DNA of 64,000 nt, from positions 63,636,602 through 63,700,601 of the forward strand of contig NC_057719.1 of NCBI RefSeq assembly GCF_004010195.1, read 5' to 3'. The notes under the pieces were generated by a model. The model was not told the DNA's origin and ran no database searches. It saw only the letters and a list, made by a program, of their open reading frames with translations. Source of the stretch: Chiloscyllium plagiosum (Eukaryota). The position numbers and the translations under genes were made by a program. Positions 51,379-64,000 of this stretch are shown piece after piece (the stretch's first letter is position 1; each line of letters begins with the position of its first letter).

Positions 51379-53416
51379 CACCCCCTCAATGTTGTTCAGA
51401 AATGCTAATCTTATTTTGTGCTGAAGTACTGGAGTGGGATTCAAAGTTACAAGCCTCCGCTTTAGACATGGCAGTGACACTAAATGAGCTATAGTATCTT
51501 TGATAAGGAAACACTCTGTCAGTGTTGCACTGCAGTGTCACAGACAGTTGCACTGAACTTCCTTCTGGCCTTCCTGTGTATTGTGGGCACCAGGCCACAC
51601 TGGCAACATGCCCCTGAGATCATATTGGTGCCCTAGTCTCAACTGTTGCATTAGGATTTAAGACAAAGGTAAAGAAATATTCAGAAAAGTTTGCAAGAGA
51701 TAATTAGAAAGAGTTCAGAGAAAAGTAACTTTCTGGCGAGAGACTAGCAGTTGGAGTTCCTTTATAATAAGTTTGTGTTTGGTGGCTACAGATGTGAATT
51801 TCCATCCGCTGTAAGGAGAAGTAAAGTTAACTCAAAGTGTTCCAGATACGAGGTGCAGAGTCTTCAGAATAGCAGCTTTGATTGAATAAAACAATAATAG
51901 ATTTGACAGATGGATGAGCAATGACACAAGTGGAAGAATCTCATTTATTTCAGTTTCAAAAGCAGAAAGGTCAGAAAGTAAAATCAGCAGTTGGACTGAG
52001 AGAAACTGAGTTAACCTAGAAGACTAAACCAGACACACAGCTTTTCGGTGTCTATTTTGTGGCTGCATTCTCTGCATGCAACAGGCATGAGGCAATGGTC
52101 ATGAGAGATAATTCGGTCATAGGTGACTAATGTGCATAATCTGGGGTTTTGACTTGATGAATCACTTTTACAAGCTGCAAGTTGTATTTGCCAGCAATAC
52201 TTGGATTAATATGGTGGAACATGCAGATTTTCATTGACCTGAAAAAAGTACAGATGCAAGATTTCATTCAAAAATCTTTAGTTGCATTAGTAGTAAGGAA
52301 ATAATATTTTTTGCATCAGAATGTTCATAAAACATGAGTGAACAGTTGAAATCAAGTTTTTAAAAGGAATGTTGGTCATGGTTAATTTTTCCAGAAGACC
52401 AGAAAAAGTAATTTTTGACATTTTACCTGAGAAAATATTTAATGCATTCCTGAACTTGAAACAGTCAGATGACTATGATGGAAAATGATGTTCAAAATAA
52501 AATAAACCTCATTAGCACCAACTCTTCTAAAAACTTTCAAACCCTTCTGGAATAGGCAACGAAGGTGGAGACATATGTGAAGGGAGGTTCAAAAAAGTGA
52601 TTGAATCTGGCAGGGGAAAAGTGATTACACCTGTCTGAAAAGTGAAAAATTAATTCCAAATTGGCAACATTTTTCAGTAAAGCCATGAAGTAAAATTCAG
52701 CTCAAGGTACCTGACACAATTTTTAAAATTCGGAAGAAAATACATCCCCATTCTAACTAAGTCCAATACACAGACTTCACCAGTTTGTTTAGAACATACT
52801 GTGGGCAGCAAGATTTAGGTGAGTGTTTTTCACCTTTATTTAATTGCAAAGTAAACATGTTTCTGAAATGTAAGCTTTGCAAATGCTTTCAGAACTTGGA
52901 ATATAACACATTGCACAAAACACTTTAACAAACCTCCCAAGGCACATCATAAAAAAAAATATGACAACAGGTCCCTGAAGAAGATTTTGGGTCAGATTAG
53001 CAAATGCTTGGTCACCAAACTGAACTTAACAAATGACTTAGAGGAGAGGCTTAAGGGGAGAATTTCAGAACCTAGGTCCTAAGCAATTGAATGCATATCC
53101 ACCAACAACAGAGCACGGGGTTCAAAATAACTTATTTTGGTGAGACACCTTTGAGGGTGACGTTTTATTTTTTTGGAGGGAATACTTTTCCAATTAACAA
53201 CTTTTTTTCTAGCTAATGTAATCACTTAGCAACATTGCTTTTTACAGAAAGCTGAATTTATTATTTGGCATTTTTCAAAATATGTAAACGATAATAAATT
53301 CATGATTTGTAGGTGCCGGTGTTGGACTGGGGTGTACAGAGTTAAAAATCACACAACACCTGATGAAGGAGCAGCGTTCTGAAAGCTAGTGAAAGCTAGT
53401 GCTTCCAAATAACCCT

Positions 53417-55322
53417 CTACCTCCTCCTCAAGATCTACAAGCCTGACTACCCCGGCCGACCTATTGTTTCAGCTTGCTCCTGCCCCACCGAACTCATCTC
53501 CACCTACCCCGATACTGTCCAATCCCCCTGGTCCAGGAGCTCCCCATATAGGTTCAGGATACTACCCATGCCCTCCACCTCCTCCAAGACTGCTGTTTCC
53601 CCAGCCTCCAACTCCTCGTCTTCACCATGGACATCCAGTCCCTCTACACCTCCATCCACCATGACCAGGGCCTCCAAGCCCTCTGTTTCTTCCTTTCACG
53701 ACGTCCTCACCAATACCCTTCCACTGACACTCTATTTGTTTTGCTGAACTGGTCCTCACTCTCAACAATTTCTCCTTCCGATTCTCCCACTTGCTGCAGA
53801 CAAAAGGGGTAGCCATGGGCACCCACATGGGCCCCAGCTATGCCTGCCTCTTTGTCAGTTATGTAGAACAGTCCACCTTCCGGAGTTACACTGGCACCAC
53901 TCCCCATCTCTTCCTCCGTAACATTGATGACTGCATCAACGCAACCTCGTGCTCCCACGAGGTTGAACAGTTCATCAATTTCATAAACACATTCACTTGG
54001 ACCACCTCTGACACCTCCCTCCCCTTCCTAGACCTCTCCACCTCCATTAATGACGACTGACTCAACACTGACATTTTTTACAAACCCACCGACTCCCACA
54101 GCTACCTGGATTACACCTCCTCCTACCCTACCTCCTGCAAAAATTCTATCCCCTACTCCCAATTCCTCTGCCTCTGCCGCATCTGCTCCCAGGATGACCA
54201 GTTCCACCACAGAACACACCAGATGGCCTCCTTTTTTAAAGACCGTAATTTCCCCTCCCATGTGGTTGATGATCCCCTCCAGCGCATCTCATCCACGTCC
54301 CACACCTCTGCCCTCAAACCTCACCCCTCCAATTGCAACAAGGACAGAACCATCCTGACAGAACCTTCTACCTCACCAAACTCCGCATAAACCGCATCAT
54401 CTGCCGACACTTCCGCCACCACAGATGGATCCCACCACCAGGGATATATTTCCCTCCCCACCCCTATCCGCTTTCTACAAAGACCTTTCCCTCTGCGACT
54501 ACCTGGTCAGGTCCACGCACCCTAACAAGCCACCCTCCCCTTCTGGCACTTTCCCCTGCCACCGCAGGAATTGCAAAACCTATGCCCACACTCTTTTCCC
54601 CCCCCCCACCCCCCCAACTTCTATCCAAGGCCCCAAAGGAGCCTTCCACATCCATCAAAGTTTCACCTGCACTTCCACCCATGTCATTTATTGTATCTGT
54701 TGCTCCCAAAGCAGTCTCCTCTACATTGGGGAGACTAGATGCCTTCTCGCAGAGCACTTTAGAGAACATCTCTGAGACACCCGCGCCAATCAACCCCACC
54801 GCCCCATGGCCAAACATTTCAACTCCCCCAGCCCCTCTGCCGAGGACATGCAGGTCCTGGGCATCCTCCATCGCCGCTCGCTCACTACCCAATGCCTGGA
54901 GGAAGAACGCCTTATCTTCCACCTCGAGACTCTTAAATCCCAGAGCATCAATGTGGACTTCACCAGTTTCCTCATTTCCCCTCCCCCCACCTTACCCCAG
55001 TTTCAACCTTCCAGCTCAATACCGTTCTAATGACCTGTTCCATCTGTCAATCTTCCTCCCCACCTATCCGCTCCACCCTCCTCTCCGACGTATCACCTTC
55101 ACCGCCACCTCCATCCACCTATTGCACTCTGAGCCACCTTCTTCCCAGCCCAGCCCCTTCCATTTATCTCTCCACCCCCAAGGCTCCCAGCCACATTCCT
55201 GATGAAGGGCTCCAGCCTGAAACGTCGATTCTTCTGCTGCTCAGATGCTGCCTGACCTGCTGTGCTTTTCCAGCAACACATTAGCAACTCTGACCTCAAG
55301 CATCTGCAGACCTCACCTTCTC
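53417..55322 (+). mobile_element. Penelope-like element, 5'-truncated, RT plus GIY-YIG endonuclease, frameshifted
   Basis: TMDIQSLYTSI, QTKGVAMGTHMGPSYACLF, FLRNIDDC (decayed YIDD), CHRRNCKT, VIYCICC...LYIGET, HFNSP...INVDF; 15-bp TSD cttccaaataaccct at 53402-53416 and 55323-55337. Confidence 0.95.
55195..55230 (+). ncRNA. Minimal hammerhead ribozyme motif in PLE pseudo-LTR
   Basis: CTGATGA-a-gggc-tcca-gcct-GAAA-c-GTC; helix I pairing is weak; equivalent on the - strand at ~147-178. Confidence 0.6.
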
Positions 55323-55737
55323 CTTCCAAATAACCCTGTTGGATTATAACCCAATGTTGTGTGATTTTTAACTTTGTACACCCCAGTCCAACACCAGCAT
55401 CTCCAAATCATGAATTTATTATCATTTTCATATTTCGAAAAATGCCAAATATTGTATATAGTTAGATATGTCATTTAATCTATAATTAAAAGGTTCAAGT
55501 TAATGTATGATAAATAAAACTTTCATACTTGTTACCAACATGGGATCATGGATGAACTGAACTGACGTAATTGATGTTGAACCATTCGTGTTTAGTGGAT
55601 GATGATGTAGGACAGGAAATACCAATTGAAAATCTGACTAGTTATGAATGAATAAATTCCAAGCATTTTCTCGGGTAAAATATCAAAACGATTGGCTTTA
55701 AACAACCACTCACAGGTTATAATTAGCTTTCTCTCTC

Positions 55738-56092
55738 AGGGCAGCATGGTGGCTCACTGGTTAGCATTGCTGCCTCACAGCGCCAGGAACCCATGTTCGA
55801 TTCCAGCCTCAAGCGATTGTCTGTGTCGAGTTTGCATATTCTCCTGTGTCTGTGTGGGTTTCCTCCCAGTGCTCTGGTTTTCCTTCCACCATCCAAAGAT
55901 GTGCAGGTTAGGTGGATTCGCCATGCTAAATTGCCCATAGTATCCAGGGATGCTTCGGCTAAGTGGGTTAGCTGTAGGAAATGCAGGGTTGCAAGTATAG
56001 GATAAGGGGTGGGTTGCACTTCAGAGGGTCGGTGTGGACTGAATGGGCCAAGTGGCCTGCTTCCACAATGTAGTAGTGCTATGATTCTATGA
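55738..56092 (+). mobile_element. HE1-type shark SINE
   Basis: ggcagcatggtggctcactggttagc (A box), gttcgattcc (B box), ccaaagatgtgcaggttagg body, CR1-like tail ending ctatgattctatga. Confidence 0.88.
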
Positions 56093-56554
56093 CCATTAAT
56101 ACAAACTTCTCTTTTTCAACTCCTCCTCCTCCTACTTACTCAGCAGTCATGGGAACTGCAGTCGCCTACCCACCTTTTAAACTTCAGAAGTAAGCTATGT
56201 AATATAGGACTTGACCACTTTATTTTCCTCTTCAAGAAAAATTCTGCACAATCATTTGTTTTGGTATTCTAGAATAATTAAACATAACCAACCTTCCTTT
56301 TAAGAAGGATGTGATTTCAACTGTTCCATGATGTTTTATAAACATTGTGACGTGAGAAATATTATTTCATTATAATGCTAATGCAACCAATGATTTTTGA
56401 ATGAAATCTTGCCTCTGTCTCTTCTCCTGCATGTTCTGTCATATCAATTCAAGTACTGTTTTCAATGACAGTATGGTCATATTAGCCCTGAGGGCAATGT
56501 TTGGTATGGCTTATCATAAAGGATAGCAAAGTTTATTGAAAAGATCATTCACTA

Positions 56555-56990
56555 GATCTGTGTGTCACTGGCTAGACCAACATTTATTGCACATCCTTAA
56601 CTTCTCTTAACAAGAAGGTGGTAAGTCAATTTATTGAATCTGTGTAATCCTTGGAGGAGTAGATGCACCTCAGTGCATCCTGTAGATGGTACTCACTGCT
56701 GACACTGCACCAGTGGTAGAAGTGAATGTTGAAAGTGTCCAGTGTAGTGCCAGTCAAACAGACTGCTTTGTCCTGGATGATGTCAAGTGGAAAGTATTCC
56801 GACACACTCCTGACTTGTCCTTTGCAGGTGGTGGGCAGGTTTTGGGGAGACAGCAGATGAATTAGTCATAACAGAATTCTAACCCTCCATCTGCTGTCTT
56901 GGTTACAGTATTTAATGGCTGTTCCAGTTTAATTTTCTACCAGTGGTAACACCCAGAATGTTGACAGTGGGAGTTTCATGATGGTGATAT
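56555..56990 (-). mobile_element. Degenerate LINE fragment related to 30270-30675
   Basis: catttattgcacatccttaac tail and gactgctttgtcctggatga (reverse of tgtccaggacaaagca at ~30270). Confidence 0.45.
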
Positions 56991-57077
56991 TGTTTGTATT
57001 AATATAGCACTCAGGGTTTCTGGATGTGCTTTACAGCCCATGCAGTAATTTTGAGAGAGCTAGCCATTGTACTAGAG

Positions 57078-58192
57078 GTTAGAGACAAAGAAACTGCAGA
57101 TGCTGGAATCCAAGATAAACAAACAGGAGGCTGTAAGGACACAACAAGCCAGGCAGCATCAGGAGATGGAAAAGTTAATGTTTCGAGTGTAACCCTTCTT
57201 CCGGACTGGGATGCTTGGGAGTGGAATGTCTCCTCGTCCAAGCAGATGGATCCCAGATGTCCACCTATTTTGAACGAGGTGCTTTTCCTCCTGTGTCGTC
57301 CACACAGCCCTCCATCACACCACCTCTATTCCCTGCTCCATTGCTCTAACCCCTCCCCCACAAAAAGCAATAAAGACAGGGTCTCCATTGTCCTCACCTA
57401 CCACCCCACCAGTCTCCACATCCAGCATCCTTATACACTTCTGCCAATTCTAATTAGCCCCCACTACCTCTCAGCCCTCCGCAAGGACCGTTCCCTTCAC
57501 CAAGACTTGGTTCGTCCCACTCTCCCCGCCAACACCCTGAACCCCCAGGTTATTTCTCCTGCAACCGGGAAAGATGCAAAACTTGCCGGCACACCACCCC
57601 TCCTACCTCTATGCAGGGCCCCAAACAGTCCTTCCAAGTGAGACAGAAGTTCACCTGCCTCTCCTCCAACCTGGTTGACTGTATCCAGTGCTCTTGATGT
57701 GGTCTTCTCTATATCAGGAAGACCAAATGTAAACTCAGGGCACATTTCCCCAAGCATCTCAACCAGGCCTGCAGCAGCCAACCTGATCTCCCAGTCACCA
57801 CCCATTTTAATTCTTCTTTCCACTCCCTTTCCAATGTGACCATCCTCGACCTCCTTCATTGCCACAAATCAGGCTGCAAATTGGAGGAAATACACCTCAT
57901 CTTCCACCTGAGCAGCCTACAGCCTAGAGGACTCAATACTGAGTTCTCCAATTTCAAATAACCTCCCTTCCCATCCCCTGACTCCTTTCCTGCCCCTCTC
58001 CCTCCCTTCCATCCCTCTGATCGACTTTTCCTTCCACCTACCAATTGAATTCATTCCTCCCATCAACCAACTAGGTCATATTCTCAACCTGTGTTCAGCT
58101 ATCCCTACCTCACCACCCCGACCAGCCCCTCCCCAAACCCAGCCCCCCACTTTTCTGCAGCTCCGTTTCTACCCACCCCCAGTCCTGAAGAA
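57078..58192 (+). mobile_element. Decayed Penelope-like element with inverted pseudo-LTR at its 5' side
   Basis: NKDRVSIVLTYHPTSLHIQ, decayed GIY-YIG region (tgtggtcttctctatatcaggaagacc), and terminal motif actgcagatgctgg...caggcagcatc..aatgtttcg in inverted orientation. Confidence 0.8.
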
Positions 58193-60409
58193 GCATTGTA
58201 CAAGAGGTAGCATTTCATTTCATTTAATTAGTCTGTGAATGTAATAAGAAGCCTGCAACAGGTCACATCAAACCCAGAACTGTCGCCAAGCCAGAGGTGA
58301 CATGAAAGGATTTGAAAACAATGACGAGAATTTAAAAATCAAGACATTGCTGGACTGGGTAACAGTGTATACTAGGAAGTACAGGGGTGAGAGGGTCCGG
58401 AACATTGGTACGAATTAGCACAAGGGTAAAGTGACCTCAAGTTTATGAAAAGTAAAATGTTAGGCATCAGCTAGGGTGTGTTAAAATAGTCAAGTGTAAA
58501 GGTAGCAAAGACCGGGGTGAAGGTTTCAGCAGTAGCTGAGCTGTGGCAGGGAGCCAAGGCAGGCAATATTACACCGATAGAAAATGGCACTATGTACAGC
58601 ATTCTGTACTGGCAGAGTGCATGGTCTGTTTACTCTTTCAAGGTATTTGTTCTTCACTTTTTTAAAAAATCTTATACTTAGTCATTCCTTTAACTAAAAA
58701 TGAAATCTCAAACTCCAGGCAGTGTTGCTGTAAAGGCATTTGCAGAAGCAATCCTTCCCGCAGTGATTTTTCCCTCCTCAAAGAGGATCCTTTTGAAAAT
58801 TGGCTCACGATTACAGGTAACTGTCATGCCTAGCTATGGTACATGTTGTCAGAAAGCTGCAAGCTTCCCAGAGAAGGAGGGAGTGAGAAAGGGTATGTGT
58901 TACTGTCGTGCAAAAGTTTAACAATTCAATGCCAAATTGCTTTAAACAGTTCCGCCAACATTCTGCCATTGTGAGACATTTGGTTTATTAATTTCTCATG
59001 ACCTTTCCTCCAATTTTATCCAAATTTGTGCCTCTTAGAAACCTCCCATTGCAATAAAAGTAACACTAGATAGTCGCACAGCACATAGCATTTAACACAG
59101 CTGTAACACCTCAACTATGAAAAATTAAATTGTTTTATCATGCTGTTGCAAATAATTAAATGTATTCACATCATTTCCAAGTCTTACTGTGACTTTCTAA
59201 CCAGCTAGTTCATCATGTTTCAGTTTGCTGCTGGTTAAAGACTATTGAATTGACTTGTTGAAAGCTTCTCCACAGTTATGTCTAATTATCCCTTATAGGA
59301 AGATTGTAGCCCCCTGTTTGTTCTTGCCCTTAAGACCTCCTTAGATTGTGGAGGCTTTAGGCTATTTTAGTGATTCTCGTGAAGATATCAACATTAGTTA
59401 ACAGGAAGAAAAGGGAGGGAGAATACAGCAAAACAGATATGGACTTGGTGAATGAAGCTTTACATTTGAAGAAATGCACAATTAAATAAAACATCCCCAA
59501 CAACTTGGTTCACCTGTTTTATAACACCAAAGGTTTTGTAGTATCCGAATACTTACTTGATAATGCAGAACTTGATTTGTTCTTTAAAAACACACATTTT
59601 TTTGAAGCCTTTCATTTTGCAGAGTGGGCTCTGGTGAATTCTCTATGACAGCGCTCCTATCAATTACAGTATGTTTGCCAATCAATCACATGTTCTTCTC
59701 ATACAGTGTAAAAATCTTTTCCCTTTACATTGGTGTTCTTGTGAATTGTCGTGGTGAGTGCGAGATGACAGACTTTGATAAAATATGTCTTTTTTTCAAC
59801 AGTATTCAAGTTTTATAGTGTCCTCTGGCTTTGTTAAAACATGAAATTAGGAAGAATGTAGTTGTTTTGTCTTATGTACTATTTGTGCATGGAAGGTGAA
59901 TAGTTAAGGAGTAGAGATTTTAACAATTTTCTTATTCCACTTACCCTGTCACTAACCTTAAAGCAAACTCTGTAGTGCAAATACAATCTCTACACATGTT
60001 TTTATTGGCACAATAAATATTTGAACTTATTTTTGCAAAATAAAACTGAAATAACAAAACTGAAGCAGCTATCATGTTTTCTGCTTAGTATGAATGCTAA
60101 CACTGGCAATATTTATTTACATTTTACAACAGATTTTCACAAAATTATGAAGCTAAAATTTAAACTTCTTCAGTTAAAGTAAATTTAAAATTTGTAAGTG
60201 TTGGTCCAGAAACTAACAATAATTTTATTTTTTAAACTTGATTTCTGCATTGTATTTGTGAACTTGAAGTTCAAAATGATGAGAGAGGGAGATCTAGCCA
60301 ATTGTCTAAATCACTATCATAATTACTATAATCAACTGGTCGCTATTGGTAATCTCAGTTTAAGCAGTACTATTCTATAGTCACCAGTTTTGCAAACCAA
60401 GTCATGAGC

Positions 60410-60572
60410 TTGATCTGGCAGCATCTGCAGAGAGAGAAATGGAGTTGACATTTTGAGTCACAAACTCCAAAAAAAAGCCCATTCAATTCAAAATATTAAT
60501 TCTATTTCTTTCTTGATGCTGTTAAATCTACTGAATATTTCCAGCACTTTGTACTTTTCTTTCAGATTTCCA
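60410..60572. mobile_element. Very degenerate fold-back PLE terminus
   Basis: tctggcagcatctgcagagagagaaatggagttgacatttt ... gatgctg...ctgaatatttccagcac...ttcagatttcca. Confidence 0.45.
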
Positions 60573-61264
60573 CCATATATTGTTTTAAAGTTGTTAACTA
60601 GCTTGTCCACTCAGTCTTCCTTTAATAATTGCATTTTTAGTGTAACTTGTTCCATCCATTCATTCCTAATCTAGCATTCTGAACAAAATTTTGTTGAGTG
60701 CCTGGAGCACTGGTAAATGAATGTAAGAAAAGACTATCCTTAAGAGTGGCTGATATTAAGAGGAGACCTGAACTGCTGATGAATTATTGATTAAATTTGT
60801 GCAGCTCCATTCAGCTACTTGTTAATGTTTATTGTCAGAAGTTCACAAAACAGTAGGACGTGGCAGTGGAGATTGTAGTATGTAATGTGTAGAAAATTTA
60901 GAAGACTGAGTACAACTGAGTTTAGAAAATTATAAGTTGTGTGACATGTCTGCATGATAGTGACAAGCAGTGATGACTAGAAATTGAACTCTACTTCTCT
61001 GAAAATGGTCGAGGTGTTTAATAAACTATGCTTTTACTCTAAGTGGGTTAAACAACACTTGACATCAATAGTAAATCCTCTCTTACACATTTTCAGTTTA
61101 TAACCAGCTGCATTTTCGCTCCAGATTGTTATCCCTCTTTTAATCGTCAAAAACAAGCGATTAATTGATATGATTGTGACGTCAAATTGTGCTCATAAAT
61201 TAAGAATGGTCATTTGGATAGGTTTCAGCAATGTGCAGTATATGCATCTGAATTGAAACTCCAA

Positions 61265-61528
61265 AGGCGCAGCCTCAGAGTGAAGAGCCCTTCAGAACTG
61301 AGATAAAGACAATTTCTTCAGCCAGAGGGTGGTGAACCTGTGGAACTCATTGCCACAGAAGGCTAAGTCATGGAGTTTATTTAAGACAGCGATAGATAGG
61401 TTCTTGATTAATAGGGGGCTCAAGGGTTACAGGATGAAGGCAGGAAATTGGGGTTGAGAAACATGGTCAACTGGTGGAGCAGACTAGATGATTGCAATGG
61501 CCTAGTTTTGCTCCTATATGTTATGTTC
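61265..61528 (+). mobile_element. CR1 3' fragment (second family)
   Basis: ttcagaactgagat..aatttcttcagccagagggtggtgaacctgtggaactcattgccacag; tail gctcctatatgttatgttctt. Confidence 0.8.
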
Positions 61529-62934
61529 TTGTCTCCAACCTTGGTTTTGTCAATCTTGGTTTTTGTGCTTGAGATCCAGAAGTGGGCATTGAACCACAAT
61601 CTTCTGAAACATACATAAACCACTGTGGCACTTCAAAGAAAAATTCAGGAAGATAGCAATTTGAATAATTGGGCCAGATTTTGAGCATCTCAATCACAAA
61701 ATGGCCTGCTGCCATCCAGAAAATGGCTTCTAAATTGCATTCAAGCTATATTTCTATGTAGACATGTTAAAAAAAAGGCAGACTTATTCCTTCTGACTTC
61801 ATAAATAAGTTGTAGCCATAGCTAGCTCAAACATATCCCTTACATTCGTAGTGTGTTTGTAGTCTTGATTAGTGCTGAGAATGACCAGAGTCATCAGTTC
61901 CAAAGGGTAAACTACATTGGCATGTCTGGTTGACATTTGGAACTACCTATTTCATACCTGTCTGGTATGGAGAAGAAACTAGCAGTTTTAGGAGCAAATT
62001 CAATTTATCTCTCTCTGGTTTAAATGAAATATTCTACAAAATTACTATCCATTGTTTCAACCGACATAAGGCAATCTCAACAAATCATTACATTTTAGAT
62101 CCAATTCTAAATTCAAATTAGGATACAATTACTTCTTTGAGAAATTTGATATTTGTTAAAAGTGCATTTTATTTTTGGTTTCACCTAGCTTTTTACAGCA
62201 GCTGGCAGTTTCTTCGTATAAATACTTACTGTGTATATCCACAGATATATGGTAATGCATTTTCATTCATACACTGCAAAGGAGAGCATTATTGACATGT
62301 AACATTTTTACTTTCTTCTTCCCTTCTCCCCGCATGAATGGGCCACCATTGAGTGTTTTGGTAACGCACCCTGGGGCTAGTTTTGTTCAATGTTCCTTCA
62401 CCTTTGGGACTGGAATTCAATTACACAAAAATGATGGATTAGAGTTTGTCTCCATTTGCAGTAATGCTTTACTTAAAGTTACTATCTGGCTTCTCGCATC
62501 CAATACTCTTATGTTTGCAAGTCTGCAGCCCAGAATTTCAAGTATAATCTGGCTGAGAATTGGCACTTTCACTTAAAGTGGATGTGATGACAGCTGCTGA
62601 AATTGAGGGTAAATCTTGAACTGGAACAGGAGAGGGAGTTTTCCGTGGTTCGAGCCACATTCTTGGCAGAGAGCAAAAGCTGTCCTTTGGTGCTTTCCTC
62701 TGTTGTTTGTGAGCAGGGACTGCTTGATGCTAACATTCATTGCAAGGATTAGGAACACTTCATATTCCCATGCAGTTAGGTTTATTTTTCAATGTCCATG
62801 AACAAATGTAATATTCATGCCAGCTTTCTTCAATTTCCTGAGGCCTGCTATGCAAATAGTGCACGAATGATAAAACCTCAAAACGTCTGAGCATTTTTCT
62901 TTCTCAGTCTTACATTGTATCTGTGTTTTTTTTG

Positions 62935-63290
62935 TTATTCATGGTTTGAGGGCAGCATTTACTGCCAATCCCTAATTGCCCAGAGGGCAGTGAACAGTCA
63001 ACCACATTGCTGTGGGTCTGGTGTCACCTGTAGGTCACACCAGGTAAGGATGGCAGTTTCCTTCCCTACAGGACATTAGTGAACCAAATGTGTTTTCTTG
63101 ACAGTTAGCAATTGTTTCTTGGTCATCATTTAATTCTTAGTTCCAGATATTTATTGAATTCAGATTCCACCATCTGCCATGGCAGATTCAAATCTGGGTC
63201 CCCAGAACCTTACTGGGTTCCCAGAACTTTACTTGGTTTTCTGAATTAACAATCCAGTGGTAATTCCACTAGGCCATTGCCGCCTCCCTA
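62935..63290 (-). mobile_element. SINE, same family as 6275-6602
   Basis: gcatttactgccaatccctaattgccc...tgtgggtctggtgtcacctgtaggtcacaccaggtaaggatggcag...gaattcagattccaccatctgccatgg. Confidence 0.7.
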
Positions 63291-64000
63291 AGTTTTCCCA
63301 AGAATTATACTGTGATCTGTCTTACTGAAAGACAGACAAAGAGGTATGAATTGTAGTACAATACTTTAAGTTGGAGGTTTGAGATCAAAATTGAACTTGA
63401 TCATGGGCAGCCCTGCTTTTAAAAGCCCCAAGCAGATTTTAGATCCATTAGGCAGCTAATGGACTGCCCTCAGGGACTCCCATCCCATTAGGAGGTGATA
63501 TCCTACACCTGAGAGCTGCTGGCTGTTCGAAGCATTTGAGGCCACTGTCAGGGTTGCATCTACCAAGGTAATTGGGGTTATAAACTCCCCGAGGTGGAGA
63601 AGGACTGCAGTGCAAGTCTAGGAGTGGTTTGTGAAGGCGGGAGATGGTCACTGTAGAGTGGGACTAAGCAGGCGAGTGAGAGTCACGATCAGGAGAAGAA
63701 CTATCCAAGCCTTCAAGGAAGTTAGCCCCAGCCGCATGGCAGCAGAATGGAAACTATGGTGGGAGGATGACGTTCTCTCCCACCTGATTCTTTTCAACCC
63801 AGGTGAACGCCCTATCCCCCCACCTCCAGCCTATTTCTCAAGGCTCCATAAATCTCTGGCCATTACACTTAGATGGAAATCAGCAGACCCAGACCCCAAA
63901 ATGAGTATATTTTATTTCTCTAGGAAAGAACTTTACCTATTTGTATAACTAGCTATTTGGAATGAGTTTAAACTTGTGCATATTAGGATGCATGTACAAC

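Larger units (their letters stand above)
53262..55451. mobile_element. Fold-back hammerhead element (family of 11280-11505) split by a PLE insertion; halves 53262-53416 and 55323-55451
   Basis: gttaaaaatcacacaacacctgatgaaggagc..gaaagctagtgcttccaaat on the left continues as cctgttggattataac..gtgatttttaactttgtacaccccagtccaacacc on the right. Confidence 0.85.

Noticed and set aside
54333..55202. 289-aa proline-rich ORF
   Set aside because: Alternative frame of the C-rich Penelope-like element; the meaningful motifs are in other frames.
63390..63950. GC-richer segment with a 105-aa ORF
   Set aside because: No similarity to gephyrin or any family I recognise; probably an unclassified repeat.

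Overview
Eukaryotic, AT-rich, repeat-dense genomic DNA, very likely from a shark (inferred from HE1-type SINEs, CR1/HER1-type LINEs and the Penelope-like families present). The window lies inside the gephyrin gene (GPHN) on the + strand. Five constitutive coding exons are readable (25948-26040, 39008-39102, 40220-40286, 41566-41838, 43765-43899; G domain and C-domain linker), plus a 108-nt exon matching the alternative C3 cassette (41987-42094). The first exons and the whole E domain are not recognisable here and presumably lie outside the window. The introns hold CR1 LINEs, SINEs, a decayed Gypsy element and Penelope-like elements (PLEs), several nested with clear target-site duplications (TSDs). 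Most notable: (1) an indel-free, splice-site-dead tandem copy of a GPHN exon 504 bp upstream of the real one; (2) a ~226-bp fold-back insertion with an intact minimal hammerhead ribozyme core on each strand, plus related PLE hammerheads in the sense orientation of the pre-mRNA; (3) a YCAY cluster over the C3 cassette; (4) speculative micro-exon candidates in the C4 region. All alignments and counts were done by eye and comparisons to mammalian gephyrin are from memory; no database search was run. TE boundaries without a TSD are approximate.
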